Assembly (NCBI GenBank): GCA_963748625.1
Contig: CAVVJT010000004.1
Coordinates: 480,001 to 544,000, forward strand
Length of the DNA stretch: 64,000 bases
Reading direction: 5' to 3'
Source: an uncultured Chloroflexia bacterium
Lineage (GTDB): Bacteria; Chloroflexota; Limnocylindria; Limnocylindrales; CSP1-4
A model generated the notes under the pieces. It saw nothing but the letters and a program-made list of their open reading frames with translations, was not told the DNA's origin and did no database searches. Both the position numbers and the translations under genes were made by a program. The stretch's first letter is position 1, and every line of letters starts with the position of its first letter. Below are positions 37,923-47,641 of this stretch, in pieces.

Positions 37923-39491
37923 ATGCATGACCTTGCCCCTCCCTCTGGTATCGAGCCGGTCGCACCCGGCGTCCCCACACGCGGCCAGGCAGCGCTCGCG
38001 GGTGCCGTCGCGGCCGGCGCGGCCCTGGCGGTCGGCGAGCTGGTTGCGGCGCTGCTTCCCGGCGCGCCAAGCCCCCTTGCCGCCGTGGGAGCCGTCGTCA
38101 TCGACGCCGCCCCGCCCGGGACCAAGGAGGTCGTGGTCGGCCTCTTCGGCACCGCCGACAAGCCCGCGCTGGCCATCGCGATCACTCTCGTCGTCCTCCT
38201 CATCGGCGCCGGGATCGGCATCGTGGCGCGGCGCAGCACACCCCTTGCCGCGGCAGGCGTCTTCGGCCTCGTCGCGGTGGGCGCCCTGGCTTCAATGCAA
38301 GATCCCACCGCGACCCTGACCACCGTGGTCCTGTCGGCGGCGCTCCAGGCCGGCATCGGCTTCCAGGCCCTCGTGGTGCTGCTGGGCTGGGCGGCGCCCG
38401 CGGGCGGACCCACCAGCGCGTCCCGTCGCCGCTTCCTCGCGGGGACCGGGGCGCTCGGCCTCGCTGCCGTGGCCGGCGGTGTGCTCGGACGGTGGCTCAC
38501 CGAGGGACGGGCTGAGGGTGCCGGAACTGCGGCCGTGACGATCCCAGGCTCCGTCGAGCCAGCGCCGAGCGTGGGCCCTGACGCCGCCTTCGCCCTCGCG
38601 GGCATCACACCCATCGTGACCCCGAACGACGACTTCTACCGCATCGACACCGCCCTCGTCGTGCCCACGGTCGATGTGGCCGAGTGGCGACTGCGCGTGC
38701 ACGGACTGGTGGACCAGGAGGTCTCCCTCTCCTTCGACGAGCTCGTGGCCCTTCCCCTCGTGGACCAGTTCGTGACCATCGCCTGCGTCAGCAACGAGGT
38801 CGGCGGCGACCTCATCGGCAACGCCAAGTGGACGGGCGTCCGCCTCACGGACGTGCTCGACATGGCCGGCGTCAAGCCCGAGGCCACCCAGGTGGTGCCG
38901 CGCTCGGTGGACGGCTGGGCCGCGGGCTTCCCCACAGCCTGGGTCACGGACCCCGGCCTCCCGCGCGACGCGCTGATCGCGGTCAAGATGAACGACGTCC
39001 CGCTCCCGGTGGCGCATGGCTTCCCCGCCCGCCTCATCGTCCCGGGCCTGTACGGCTACGTCTCCGCGACCAAGTGGCTCTCCGAGATCGAGCTGACCAC
39101 GTGGGAGGCCTTCGACTCCTACTGGGTCCCGCGAGGTTGGGCCAAGGAGGCGCCGATCCTGACCCAGTCCCGCATCGACACCCCGCGCAACGGGGCCACG
39201 TTCAAGGCGGGCACGGTCCCCCTGGGCGGTGTCGCATGGGCGCCCGACCGCGGCATCACCGGGGTGGAGGTCCGCGTGGACGATGGCCCGTGGCAGCCGG
39301 CCCGCCTCGCCGAGGCCATCGGCCCGCAGACCTGGGTCCAGTGGCGGTTCGACGCCACCCTCGATCCAGGGGCCCACAACCTCTACGTCCGTGCGACCGA
39401 CGGGACCGGCACCGTCCAGGAGGAGCGGCGGACCGCGCCGGCACCCGATGGAGCCCGCGGCTACCACGGGATCCTGGTGCAGGTCTCGTGA
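37923..39491 (+). CDS. Membrane-bound molybdopterin-dependent oxidoreductase (sulfite oxidase family)
   Basis: N-terminal TMs, internal SRRRFL, FYRIDTAL, IACVSNEVGGDLIGNAKWTGV, HGFPARLIVPGLYGYVSATKW; alternative TTG start at 37917. Confidence 0.93.
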   Translation: MHDLAPPSGIEPVAPGVPTRGQAALAGAVAAGAALAVGELVAALLPGAPSPLAAVGAVVIDAAPPGTKEVVVGLFGTADKPALAIAITLVVLLIGAGIGIVARRSTPLAAAGVFGLVAVGALASMQDPTATLTTVVLSAALQAGIGFQALVVLLGWAAPAGGPTSASRRRFLAGTGALGLAAVAGGVLGRWLTEGRAEGAGTAAVTIPGSVEPAPSVGPDAAFALAGITPIVTPNDDFYRIDTALVVPTVDVAEWRLRVHGLVDQEVSLSFDELVALPLVDQFVTIACVSNEVGGDLIGNAKWTGVRLTDVLDMAGVKPEATQVVPRSVDGWAAGFPTAWVTDPGLPRDALIAVKMNDVPLPVAHGFPARLIVPGLYGYVSATKWLSEIELTTWEAFDSYWVPRGWAKEAPILTQSRIDTPRNGATFKAGTVPLGGVAWAPDRGITGVEVRVDDGPWQPARLAEAIGPQTWVQWRFDATLDPGAHNLYVRATDGTGTVQEERRTAPAPDGARGYHGILVQVS

Positions 39492-39570
39492 GCGCAGCGG
39501 CCTCAGGGAGTCCTGTGGTCCCCGTGAGTGGGGCCGTCCCCGGCCGGGCTGCGGTACCCTCGGTCCCCTG

Positions 39571-40143
39571 ATGCCTCGACGACGCTTCCTCTTCGACATT
39601 CCCGACCGCTTCATCACCGGCACCGTCGGCCAGCCCGGCAACCGAGTCTTCTTCCTGCAGGCCAGGTCCGGCAACCGGATCGTGTCCGTCGCCCTGGAGA
39701 AGGTGCAGGTCGCGGCGCTGGTTGACCGCCTGGGTGACCTCCTCGATGAGCTGGTCCGGCGGGAGGTGGACGGATCCGAAGAGGTGCCGGGGGCCGTCGG
39801 CGACACGGGCTCGCTCGACGAGCCGGTGATCGAGGCGTTCCGGGCCGGCACGCTCTCGCTCGGCTGGGATCTCACCGACAACCTCGTGGTGCTCGAGGCG
39901 CGTGCATTCGACGAGGACGACGATGAGCCCGAGGCTGACGAGGAGCCGGTCGAGGACGACGACGAGGACGAGGACGGCCCGGACTTCCTGCGCGTGCGGC
40001 TCACCCCGGCCTACGCCCGCGAGTTCATCGCGCGGGCGCTGCGCGTGGTCGCCTCGGGCCGCCCGCCGTGTCCCCTGTGCGGCCAGCCGCTCGACCCGCA
40101 GGGCCATCTCTGCCCCAGGCGCAACGGGCACCTCCTGAACTAG
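39571..40143 (+). CDS. DUF3090 family protein
   Basis: GTVGQPGNRVFFLQA, LEKVQV, GRPPCPLCGQPLDPQGHLCPRRNGH. Confidence 0.92.
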   Translation: MPRRRFLFDIPDRFITGTVGQPGNRVFFLQARSGNRIVSVALEKVQVAALVDRLGDLLDELVRREVDGSEEVPGAVGDTGSLDEPVIEAFRAGTLSLGWDLTDNLVVLEARAFDEDDDEPEADEEPVEDDDEDEDGPDFLRVRLTPAYAREFIARALRVVASGRPPCPLCGQPLDPQGHLCPRRNGHLLN

Positions 40144-40164
40144 CCCCCGGAGGGCAGCGCGTCC

Positions 40165-41181
40165 GTGTCCGAACCCGTGCCCGTGCCCCGGTCCTCAGGC
40201 GAGGCCGACCGCCGCCCCGACATCGAGGGCGACGCGCGCGATCCGTCTGCGGCGCCCGACCCCCGCGAGCACCCCGCCGATCCCCTGCGATTCCGGGCCG
40301 ACATCGAGGCCGAGATCGCCGCAGAAGTGGACGAGGGCGAGGCGGTGGTCGCCGCGGACGACGAGGACACCTGGACCGACGACGACCTCGGCGAGGGCGA
40401 CGGCGTCGATGGCGACGACGACGGTGACGGGGCCACGTCCATCGCCGACCTTGGCCTGCCGATGCCCGTACTCCCCGAGCATGCGGCTCTGGAGCTCCTG
40501 CGCAGCGGCGAGCTCGAGATCGTCGGCCGCCTGTGGGCGTCCACCAACAACGCCATGCTGGGCACCGTCCGCCTGGGCGACCTCGTGGCCACCTGCATCT
40601 ACAAGCCGGTCGCCGGCGAGCGGCCCCTGGCGGACTTCCCCGACGGCACGCTGGCCCGGCGCGAGGTGGCGGCGTTCGAGGTGTCCCGCTTCGCCGGCTT
40701 CGGCATCGTCCCGCCGACGATCCTGCGCGACGGACCCTACGGCGAGGGCATGCTCCAGCTCTGGATCCGTGCCGACGACGCGGCTGATCCGGTCGAGATG
40801 GTCATCGGCGAGGACGCGCGCCTGCGATCCGTCGCGGTGTTCGACGCCGCGGTCAACAACACCGACCGCAAGGCGGGCCACCTGGTGGTCGTGCCGGGTG
40901 GCCACGTGTACGGCGTGGACCACGGGGTGACGTTCTCGCCCGTGCCGAAGCTGCGCACGGTGCTCTGGGCCTGGCGCGGAGAGACATTCAGCGCCGAGGA
41001 GCTGGAGCGGCTCGGCACCATCCGTGATGGGCTGGCGGGGGACCTTGGCGGCACGCTGCGGGCGCTCCTCGACCCGATCGAGGTCAATGCGACGGCACGC
41101 CGGATCGACCGCCTGCTCGAGGCGGGCACGTTCCCCCACCCCGACCCGCGTCGGCCCGCCCTGCCCTGGCCACCAGTCTGA
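40165..41181 (+). CDS. SCO1664 family protein (PI3/4-kinase-like fold) with acidic N-extension
   Basis: YKPVAGERPLADFPDGTLARREVAA, NNTDRKAGH, GVDHGVTF, KLRTVLW, PWPPV; start uncertain. Confidence 0.9.
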   Translation: MSEPVPVPRSSGEADRRPDIEGDARDPSAAPDPREHPADPLRFRADIEAEIAAEVDEGEAVVAADDEDTWTDDDLGEGDGVDGDDDGDGATSIADLGLPMPVLPEHAALELLRSGELEIVGRLWASTNNAMLGTVRLGDLVATCIYKPVAGERPLADFPDGTLARREVAAFEVSRFAGFGIVPPTILRDGPYGEGMLQLWIRADDAADPVEMVIGEDARLRSVAVFDAAVNNTDRKAGHLVVVPGGHVYGVDHGVTFSPVPKLRTVLWAWRGETFSAEELERLGTIRDGLAGDLGGTLRALLDPIEVNATARRIDRLLEAGTFPHPDPRRPALPWPPV

Positions 41182-41208
41182 CCTCGCGGCGTGCCGATCC
41201 GGGCGCTG

Positions 41209-41910
41209 CTAGGCCATGACCACCCGCCCGATCAGGACTCCGGAAAGCGCGGCCGCTCCCGCGATCCCCATCGTCTGGAGCGCGGTGCGGTAGACCGGCT
41301 CATGACCGATCCGCCCACGGGCGACCCCGAGCAGCGCCATGAGCACCCCCGTCACCACCAGCGAGACGAACCTCGCCGTCTCGATCGGAAAGAGCGCAAA
41401 AGGGATGACCGGGACACTCGCGGCGAACAGGTCCGCCACGAACATCCAGATCGCGTGGCTCCAGGGTGCGGAGCCCGCGCCGGGGGCCACGCCCAGGTCG
41501 AACGCCGAGACATACGCGAGGTGCGCCTCGGGATTGCGGGCAAAGGCGGCGATGACGCCCGCTGCCTCAGCCTCGGTGAAACCCGCCGCGGCGAGCTGCA
41601 CGCCGACGTGTGCCTGGGCGGCGGCCGGGTCGGCGGCGATCGAGTCGCGCGCCTTCGTCACGAGACCTGTCGACCTGCTGTGCTCCGAGTGCACGTCAAG
41701 ATAGGTGCCGGCCATCATCGACACGGCGCCCGAGATGGCGCCCGCGGCGCCGGCGAGCAGGACGATCCGGCTGTCGTTCGTGCTTGCCGCGACACCGAAG
41801 ACGAGTCCCGCCACTGAGACCGCGCCGTCCTCCATCCCGAAGGTGACGTCGCCAATGGACTCTTCCAGGGACGCGCGGATCCGCGAGAGGGTCCCGTCTG
41901 ACTGCGCCAC
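41209..41910 (-). CDS. VIT1/CCC1 family Fe/Mn transporter
   Basis: DVTFGMEDGAVS, AGAISGAVSMMAGTYL. Confidence 0.92.
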   Translation of the reverse strand: MAQSDGTLSRIRASLEESIGDVTFGMEDGAVSVAGLVFGVAASTNDSRIVLLAGAAGAISGAVSMMAGTYLDVHSEHSRSTGLVTKARDSIAADPAAAQAHVGVQLAAAGFTEAEAAGVIAAFARNPEAHLAYVSAFDLGVAPGAGSAPWSHAIWMFVADLFAASVPVIPFALFPIETARFVSLVVTGVLMALLGVARGRIGHEPVYRTALQTMGIAGAAALSGVLIGRVVMA

Positions 41911-41974
41911 TGCTCAGGCTCCTTCCTGCTCGCCCACGACGGCCGAGTGTACCGGCCCGCCGACCCGCGTCTGG

Positions 41975-42438
41975 TCAGCCCCGAGCGAGGCGCATGATGC
42001 GGTCCGCGTGCGCAGGATGCACATCGGCGAGGGCCGCGCCGCCCTCGAACGTCACTGCGTCATCCGTGTAGGGCGGCGCCATGAACGTCGAGACCAGCGT
42101 CCAGGCGCCGAAGGACTCGCACGCCTGCCACGTGTCAGCCTCCACGATCACCTGGGGTCGCTCGCCGGCCTGCAGGTCCGGGCCCAGCACGGGCTCCGTG
42201 AGCGTCCCGTCCGGCGCGACCAGCAGGAACCGTGCCGGGGTCACCCGCGTGCCACGCCCAGATCTCCATGTGGGTCAGCCGGTGCAGATCCGGATGCCTC
42301 TGGCGCCGCCATCAGGTAGTGGATCGCCGACGATTGCCCGTCGTTCCACGTCTGGCCAGCCACGGCCGCCCTCGGGCTCGAGCGGCACGAGGCCGAGGAG
42401 CTCGGTGATGCGCTCGGGGGTGAGATCTGGTCAGCCAT
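41975..42438 (-). pseudogene. Cupin_5 (DUF985) gene broken by about four single-base frameshifts
   Basis: Segments ERITELLGLVPLEPEGG / QTWNDGQSSAIHYLM / LHRLTHMEIWAWHAGD / PARFLLV..ERPQVIV..WTLVSTFMAP lie in successive different frames. Confidence 0.75.
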
Positions 42439-42707
42439 CGATCGATGCTACCGCCGACCCGGGCGCGACCGGCCACGGCGTCGCGCGACGGGCATGCCGG
42501 CGTGGCGTTCGTCGCCGAGAGGGACGGCGCGGCGCGCGATCCCCCAGTCGGGCGTGGATTGCCCTCGTGGCCTCGTGGCTCACATGCCAACTCGACATTC
42601 GGGGCGCTGAGCTCCTCGTGCAACGCGGCGAGACGCCCCAATGCTGGGGGACCGGGCACGAGCGCCGGGCGCACACGCCGAGTCCCGCGTTCGGGCACGA
42701 TGGGCGC

Positions 42708-44328
42708 ATGCGACGCTGGAACGGCTGGGGCGATGAGGCGGAGACCGCACACCTGGGCGACGGGCCGCGCGCGTGGCTGGAGCGTCGGGTCGGGCCCGGC
42801 ACCCCGCCGACCGACGCGACGCTCGCCGACGTGGTGGCCGATGTGCCACCCTCACGCCTCGACGCCGCCGGCGCCCCGGACGACGCCCGCCTCGACCTCG
42901 ACCCGGAGGCCCGCGTCCGCCATGCACGCGGCCAGTCCTTTCCAGATCTGATCGCCCTGCGCTCCGGACGCCTGGGCGCCGTGCCCGACGCGGTCGCCCG
43001 CCCGCAGTCGGCAGAGGGGGTCAGGTCCGTCATCGATCTCGCACGGGAGCGCGGCGCCCGCCTCGTCCCGTACGGCGGCGGCACCAGCGTGGTCGGCGGC
43101 ATCACCGTCCGCCCGATGCCCGACCCCGTGATCTCGGTGGACCTCTCGGACCTCGCCGGCGTCTCCGCCCTCGACGAGCGCAGCGGCCTCGTCACATGCG
43201 GCTCCGGCACCACTGGTCCCGCCCTCGCGGCACACCTGGCGCCATTCGGGCTCACCGTCGGCCACGAGCCCCAGTCATTCGAGCTGGCCACGGTGGGCGG
43301 CTGGGTGGCGGCGCGGGGCTCCGGGCTGCGCTCCTTCGGTCTCGGGCGGATCGAGGGTCTGTACGCGGGCGGCGGCCTCGAGGCACCGGCTGGGACGATG
43401 CGGATGCCGCCGTTCCCGGCATCGGCCGCCGGCCCTGACCTGCGCCAGATCGTGCTGGGCTCGGAGGGCCGACTCGGGATCCTGACCGATGTCGTGCTGC
43501 GCACCTCCCCGCTGCCCGAGGTGGACCGGTTCGAGGCCTGGGCGCTGCCGGGCTGGGATGCGGCGATGGACGCGGCCCGGAGCATCGCCCGCGAGCGCGT
43601 CCCGCTCACGACCCTCCGCGTGTCCACCCCGGCCGAGACGGCCACCCTGCTCGCCTTCGCCGACAAGGGCGACCCAGACCGATGCGCTGCGCGCGCTGCT
43701 GCGCCTCAAGCGCCAGCCCAGGCGCTGGTCGCTCCTGCTCACGGGCGCGTCGGGGCGCAAGCGCGTGGCCAAGGCCGCCCGCGACGAGGCTGCGTCGATC
43801 ATCCGCAGGCACGGCGGCACCGGCGTGCCCGGCATCGCGAGCGCCTGGTCGCGCACCCGCTTCCGCTCGCCCTACCTGCGCACCACCCTCTGGACGAAGG
43901 GCTACGCGTCCGACACGCTCGAGACGGCCACAGACTGGACCCGGGTGCCCGGTCTCCTGGCGCGCCTGGAGGCCGCCGTTTCCCATGCGCTGATCCCGGC
44001 CACCGGGGAGCGGGTGCACGTGTTCACGCACCTGTCGCACCTCTACCCCACCGGCTCGAGCCTGTACCTCACCTTCATCTTCCGGCTCGCCGCCGACCCG
44101 GACGCCACCCTGGAGCGCTGGCAGACGATCAAGGCGGCGGCCTCGGCCGTGATCGCGGCCGAGCAGGCGACCATCACCCATCACCACGGTGTGGGCCACG
44201 ATCACGCGCCGTACCTGGCAGCCGAGAAGGGGCCGCTCGGGATGGCCGCGCTCGAGGCGGTCGCCCGGACGTTCGACCCCGACGGGATCATGAACCCGGG
44301 CGTGCTCCTCACGGACGAAGGCCGGTGA
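42708..44328 (+). CDS. FAD-binding oxidoreductase (alkylglycerone-phosphate synthase-like), frameshift at ~43668
   Basis: MRRWNGWG, PYGGGTSVVGG, GHEPQSFELATVGGW, GSEGRLGI; after gacaagggcg the second frame gives DTLETA, HLSHLY, ITHHHGVG, DPDGIMNPG. Confidence 0.88.
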
Positions 44329-44350
44329 CCGCCGCACCGGGTGGCCGACG

Positions 44351-45913
44351 GTGACCGCCGACCGGATCCTGGCCCTCGACGTTGGGACCCAGAGCGTCCG
44401 GGCCATGGTCGTCGACGCGGCCGGCAACCTCCTCGCCAGGACCAAGGTCCCCATCGAGGCCTACGTCCCGGGCGAGCCGGGTGTGTGCGAGCAGGACCCG
44501 CAGGTGTACTGGGACGCGCTCGCCGAGGCCTGCCGCCGCCTCTGGGAGCACCCGGAGGCCCGACGGGACGCCCTGGCCGGCGTCGCCCTGACCACGCAGC
44601 GGGGCACGGTGGTGATCACCGACGAAGCCGGCCGGCCGCTGCGCAGGGCCATGGTCTGGCTGGACCGCCGCCGCGTCGAGGGCCTGCCGCGGATGGGCGG
44701 CAAGTGGGGTCTCGCGTTCCGGGCGCTCGGCGTCACCGAGACGGTCGCCACGTTCCGCGCCGAAGCCGAGGCCAACCTGCTCGCCCGGGACGAGCCGGCC
44801 ACGTGGGCCCGGACGAGGCACTTCCTGTTCCTGTCGGGCTACCTCGTCCACGGTCTGACGGGCCGCTTCGTGGACTCGGTGGCGTCGCAGGTGGGCTACG
44901 TCCCGTTCGACTACAAGGCACAGGCGTGGGCGAAGGGCGGCGACTGGAAGTGGGAGGCGATCCCGGTCGATCCGGCCTGGCTGCCCGAGCTGGTGCCGCC
45001 GGGGCAGGTCCTGGGCACGATCACCAAGCACGCAGCGGCGATGACGGGCATCCCCGAGGGGCTGCCGCTCCTGGCGACGGCCGGCGACAAGGCGTGCGAG
45101 GTGCTGGGCTCCGGTGCGCTGGACCCCCATGTCGGCGCGGTGTCGCTGGGCACGACCGCCTCGTTCAACACGACACACGAGCGGTACGTCGAGGTCATCC
45201 CGATGGTCCCGCCATACCCGGCCGCGGTGCCCGGCCGCTACAGCCTCGAGGTGAACGTCTACCGCGGCTACTGGATGATCGAGTGGTTCAAGCGCGAGTT
45301 CGGGAGCTCCGAGGTAGCCCGGGCGCGGGAGCTGGGCGTGGACGCGGAGTCCCTCTTCGACGAGCTGGTCGCAGCGACGCCACCCGGCTCGATGGGCCTC
45401 GTGCTGCAGCCGTACTGGTCGCCCGGCGTGCGCATCCCCGGCCCCGAGGCGAAGGGTGCCGTCATCGGCTGGGGTGACGTCCACACCCGCGCCCACCTGT
45501 ACCGCGCCATCCTCGAGGGCCTTGCGTATGCGCTGCGCGACGGCGCCGAGCGCACGGTGCGACGCACGAAGGTGCCCGTGACTGAGGTTCGCGTGTCAGG
45601 CGGCGGGTCGCAGAGTCCGGCGGCCGTCCAGCTCACCGCCGACATCTTCGGCCTGCCCGCATCGCGCCCGCACACGCACGAGACCTCCGGGCTGGGTGCG
45701 GCCATCGATGCCGCCGTCGGACTGGGGCTGCATCCGACGTTCGAAGCGGCCGTCACAGCCATGACGCGCGTGGCCGAGACGCGCGATCCCGACTCGGCGA
45801 ACCATGCGATCTACGAGGACCTCTACCGCAACGTCTACCTGCGGATGTACGAGCGGTTGCGCCCGCTGTACGAGGAGATCCGTCGGATCACGGGCTACCC
45901 GCCGGAGGTTTGA
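44351..45913 (+). CDS. FGGY-family carbohydrate kinase
   Basis: ILALDVGTQSVRA, TTQRGT, GDKACE, RAILEG, SGGGSQS. Confidence 0.93.
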   Translation: MTADRILALDVGTQSVRAMVVDAAGNLLARTKVPIEAYVPGEPGVCEQDPQVYWDALAEACRRLWEHPEARRDALAGVALTTQRGTVVITDEAGRPLRRAMVWLDRRRVEGLPRMGGKWGLAFRALGVTETVATFRAEAEANLLARDEPATWARTRHFLFLSGYLVHGLTGRFVDSVASQVGYVPFDYKAQAWAKGGDWKWEAIPVDPAWLPELVPPGQVLGTITKHAAAMTGIPEGLPLLATAGDKACEVLGSGALDPHVGAVSLGTTASFNTTHERYVEVIPMVPPYPAAVPGRYSLEVNVYRGYWMIEWFKREFGSSEVARARELGVDAESLFDELVAATPPGSMGLVLQPYWSPGVRIPGPEAKGAVIGWGDVHTRAHLYRAILEGLAYALRDGAERTVRRTKVPVTEVRVSGGGSQSPAAVQLTADIFGLPASRPHTHETSGLGAAIDAAVGLGLHPTFEAAVTAMTRVAETRDPDSANHAIYEDLYRNVYLRMYERLRPLYEEIRRITGYPPEV

Positions 45914-45992
45914 GACGACTGCCCCCGACACCTGCACGGTGGCCCGGTGGTGGAATCGCAACACGACCCGAACAGGCTGCTAACCGGGTGTG

Positions 45993-46021
45993 GTTGACAG
46001 GATCTGCGCTGGGGCTGATGA
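45993..46021 (+). promoter_or_regulatory. Sigma70-type promoter
   Basis: TTGACA-17 nt-GATGAT. Confidence 0.55.
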
Positions 46022-46197
46022 TTCCGGCATCGCCCGATGACACGCGGCCGCCAGGTCGACGCTCAACACGCGCAACCGCCGCCGCGCCGGGTCCATCAAG
46101 TTCGCCACTCCGGCCTCCGTTCAGATTCGGGCCGTTGGAGTGGCAGGGATCGCCCGTCCCAACCCGACGGACGCCCGGAAAGGAAACCGCACCACTC

Positions 46198-46386
46198 ATG
46201 TTGTCCCGCGCCACCACGAATGCCGTGGCGCATCGCGCATCCTCCATGCGCCGCATGCGCCGCCGTACCACCACGGCGACCCGGCTCTACTGCGCCACCA
46301 ACGGCTGCACCACCTACCTTGTCGTCGATGACTTCGGCCAGGTCGCCTACTGCGAGATCTGCGGCTACACCCGCAAGCTCGCCTGA
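46198..46386 (+). CDS. Small Arg-rich zinc-ribbon protein (62 aa)
   Basis: MRRMRRR..YCATNGC..YCEICGY; ggaaagga upstream; own promoter and terminator. Confidence 0.65.
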   Translation: MLSRATTNAVAHRASSMRRMRRRTTTATRLYCATNGCTTYLVVDDFGQVAYCEICGYTRKLA

Positions 46387-46465
46387 GCGACTGCCAACCA
46401 CATCCGCGACAACCAACCAGACTCGGCTCCGCGGCCGGAGCGTCCCGCCTCTCGCCCGAGCCTCC

Positions 46466-46500
46466 AGCGGCCGGTCCCTCCGGGGGCCGGCCGCTTCTTC
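46466..46500 (+). terminator. Probable intrinsic terminator
   Basis: agcggccggtccc/ggggccggccgct hairpin followed by tcttc. Confidence 0.6.
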
Positions 46501-46510
46501 GTGCTGTCCT

Positions 46511-46538
46511 CCAATCCGCCGCGCGCCGGACCCCGAAG
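46511..46538 (+). promoter_or_regulatory. SigK-like ECF promoter
   Basis: ccaATCC-N16-CGAAg upstream of the DUF4397 gene. Confidence 0.5.
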
Positions 46539-46618
46539 TAGAGGGCAGGAGTCGACACCCACCCATCGGTCACCCGAGCGACCGGACAGCCCCCGTCACG
46601 TCCCATGGAGACTGCCTG

Positions 46619-47437
46619 ATGCGCACCTCTCGCCTCGCCGGACTCGTTGCTGCCGGAGCCCTTGCCCTCGTCACCGCGATCCCTGTCTCGGCCGCGGACA
46701 CCACCATGGTCCGGGTCCTCCATGCCTCGCCGGATGCTCCGGCCGTCGACATCTGGGTCGACGGGGACCTCACCCTCGAAGACGTGCCCTTCAAGACCCT
46801 CAGCAACTACCTGAAGCTCCCGGCCGGCGAGCACCAGATCGTCGTCGTCGTGGCCGGCACCACCGAGCCCGCGGTCATCGACGCAAGCCCGACGTTCGAG
46901 GCCGGCAAGAAGTACACGGTTGCTGCAACGGGCTTCGTCGCCGACATCAAGCCTGAGGTCTTCGTCGACAACGGCAAGGCCATTGACGGCTCCTCCAAGC
47001 TCCGCGTTGTCCACCTCTCGCCCGATGCACCCGCTGTTGACGTCGCCGTCAAGGGCCAGACCCCGGACCAGGCTCCGGTCCAGGATCTCGTGTTCCCCGA
47101 GGCCACCGGCTACCTCAAGCTCGCTCCGGCCACCTATGACTTCGAGGTCCGCCTCGCGGGCACGGAGACCGTCGCCCTCCAGCTCGACGGCGTCAAGCTC
47201 GAGAGCGGCAAGAACTACTCGGTCTTCGCCGTCGGCAGCGCGTCCGCGGAAGCCCCTGATGGACAGGAGCTGACCGTGGTGGTTGGCGTCGACGGTGTTG
47301 CTGCGCCGGCCACGGACACCATCGGCACGGAGACCGCCCCCGCCGGCAACGGCCTGGCGCTGGTCGCCCTCGTGGTCGCCGCGATCGCCGGCCTCGCCCT
47401 GTCAGTCCGCTTCGCACCGGCGCGCGCCCGCCGCTGA
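46619..47437 (+). CDS. Secreted DUF4397 protein with sortase-like C-terminal signal
   Basis: Signal peptide; two VRV.H.SPDAPAVD repeats; APATDT + TM + RARR. Confidence 0.9.
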   Translation: MRTSRLAGLVAAGALALVTAIPVSAADTTMVRVLHASPDAPAVDIWVDGDLTLEDVPFKTLSNYLKLPAGEHQIVVVVAGTTEPAVIDASPTFEAGKKYTVAATGFVADIKPEVFVDNGKAIDGSSKLRVVHLSPDAPAVDVAVKGQTPDQAPVQDLVFPEATGYLKLAPATYDFEVRLAGTETVALQLDGVKLESGKNYSVFAVGSASAEAPDGQELTVVVGVDGVAAPATDTIGTETAPAGNGLALVALVVAAIAGLALSVRFAPARARR

Positions 47438-47457
47438 TCTCCAGCTCCCTCCTCGCT

Positions 47458-47493
47458 CCGAACGCCCCGGGTCGCCCGACCCGGGGCGTTCGG
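47458..47493. terminator. 17-bp inverted repeat hairpin
   Basis: ccgaacgccccgggtcg/cgacccggggcgttcgg. Confidence 0.7.
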
Positions 47494-47641
47494 CTGTCCG
47501 GCGTCCTCCGGTCGCGGGGTAACCGGGTGTCGCTCGCACGTCGGCCCGCGACGCGCGACGGCCTCCCGCGGGCCACCACGGCGCGGCATCATCGTCGCCA
47601 CACGAGCCGGCCGGCGTGCAGGCCGGAGAGGAGACCACGCG

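Noticed and set aside
34628-38614. 1328-aa minus-strand ORF and other long shadow ORFs (e.g. 2770-4935, 20626-23010, 23126-25885, 51948-54362)
   Set aside because: Antisense to well-supported genes; typical stop-codon scarcity in GC-rich DNA; no recognisable motifs.
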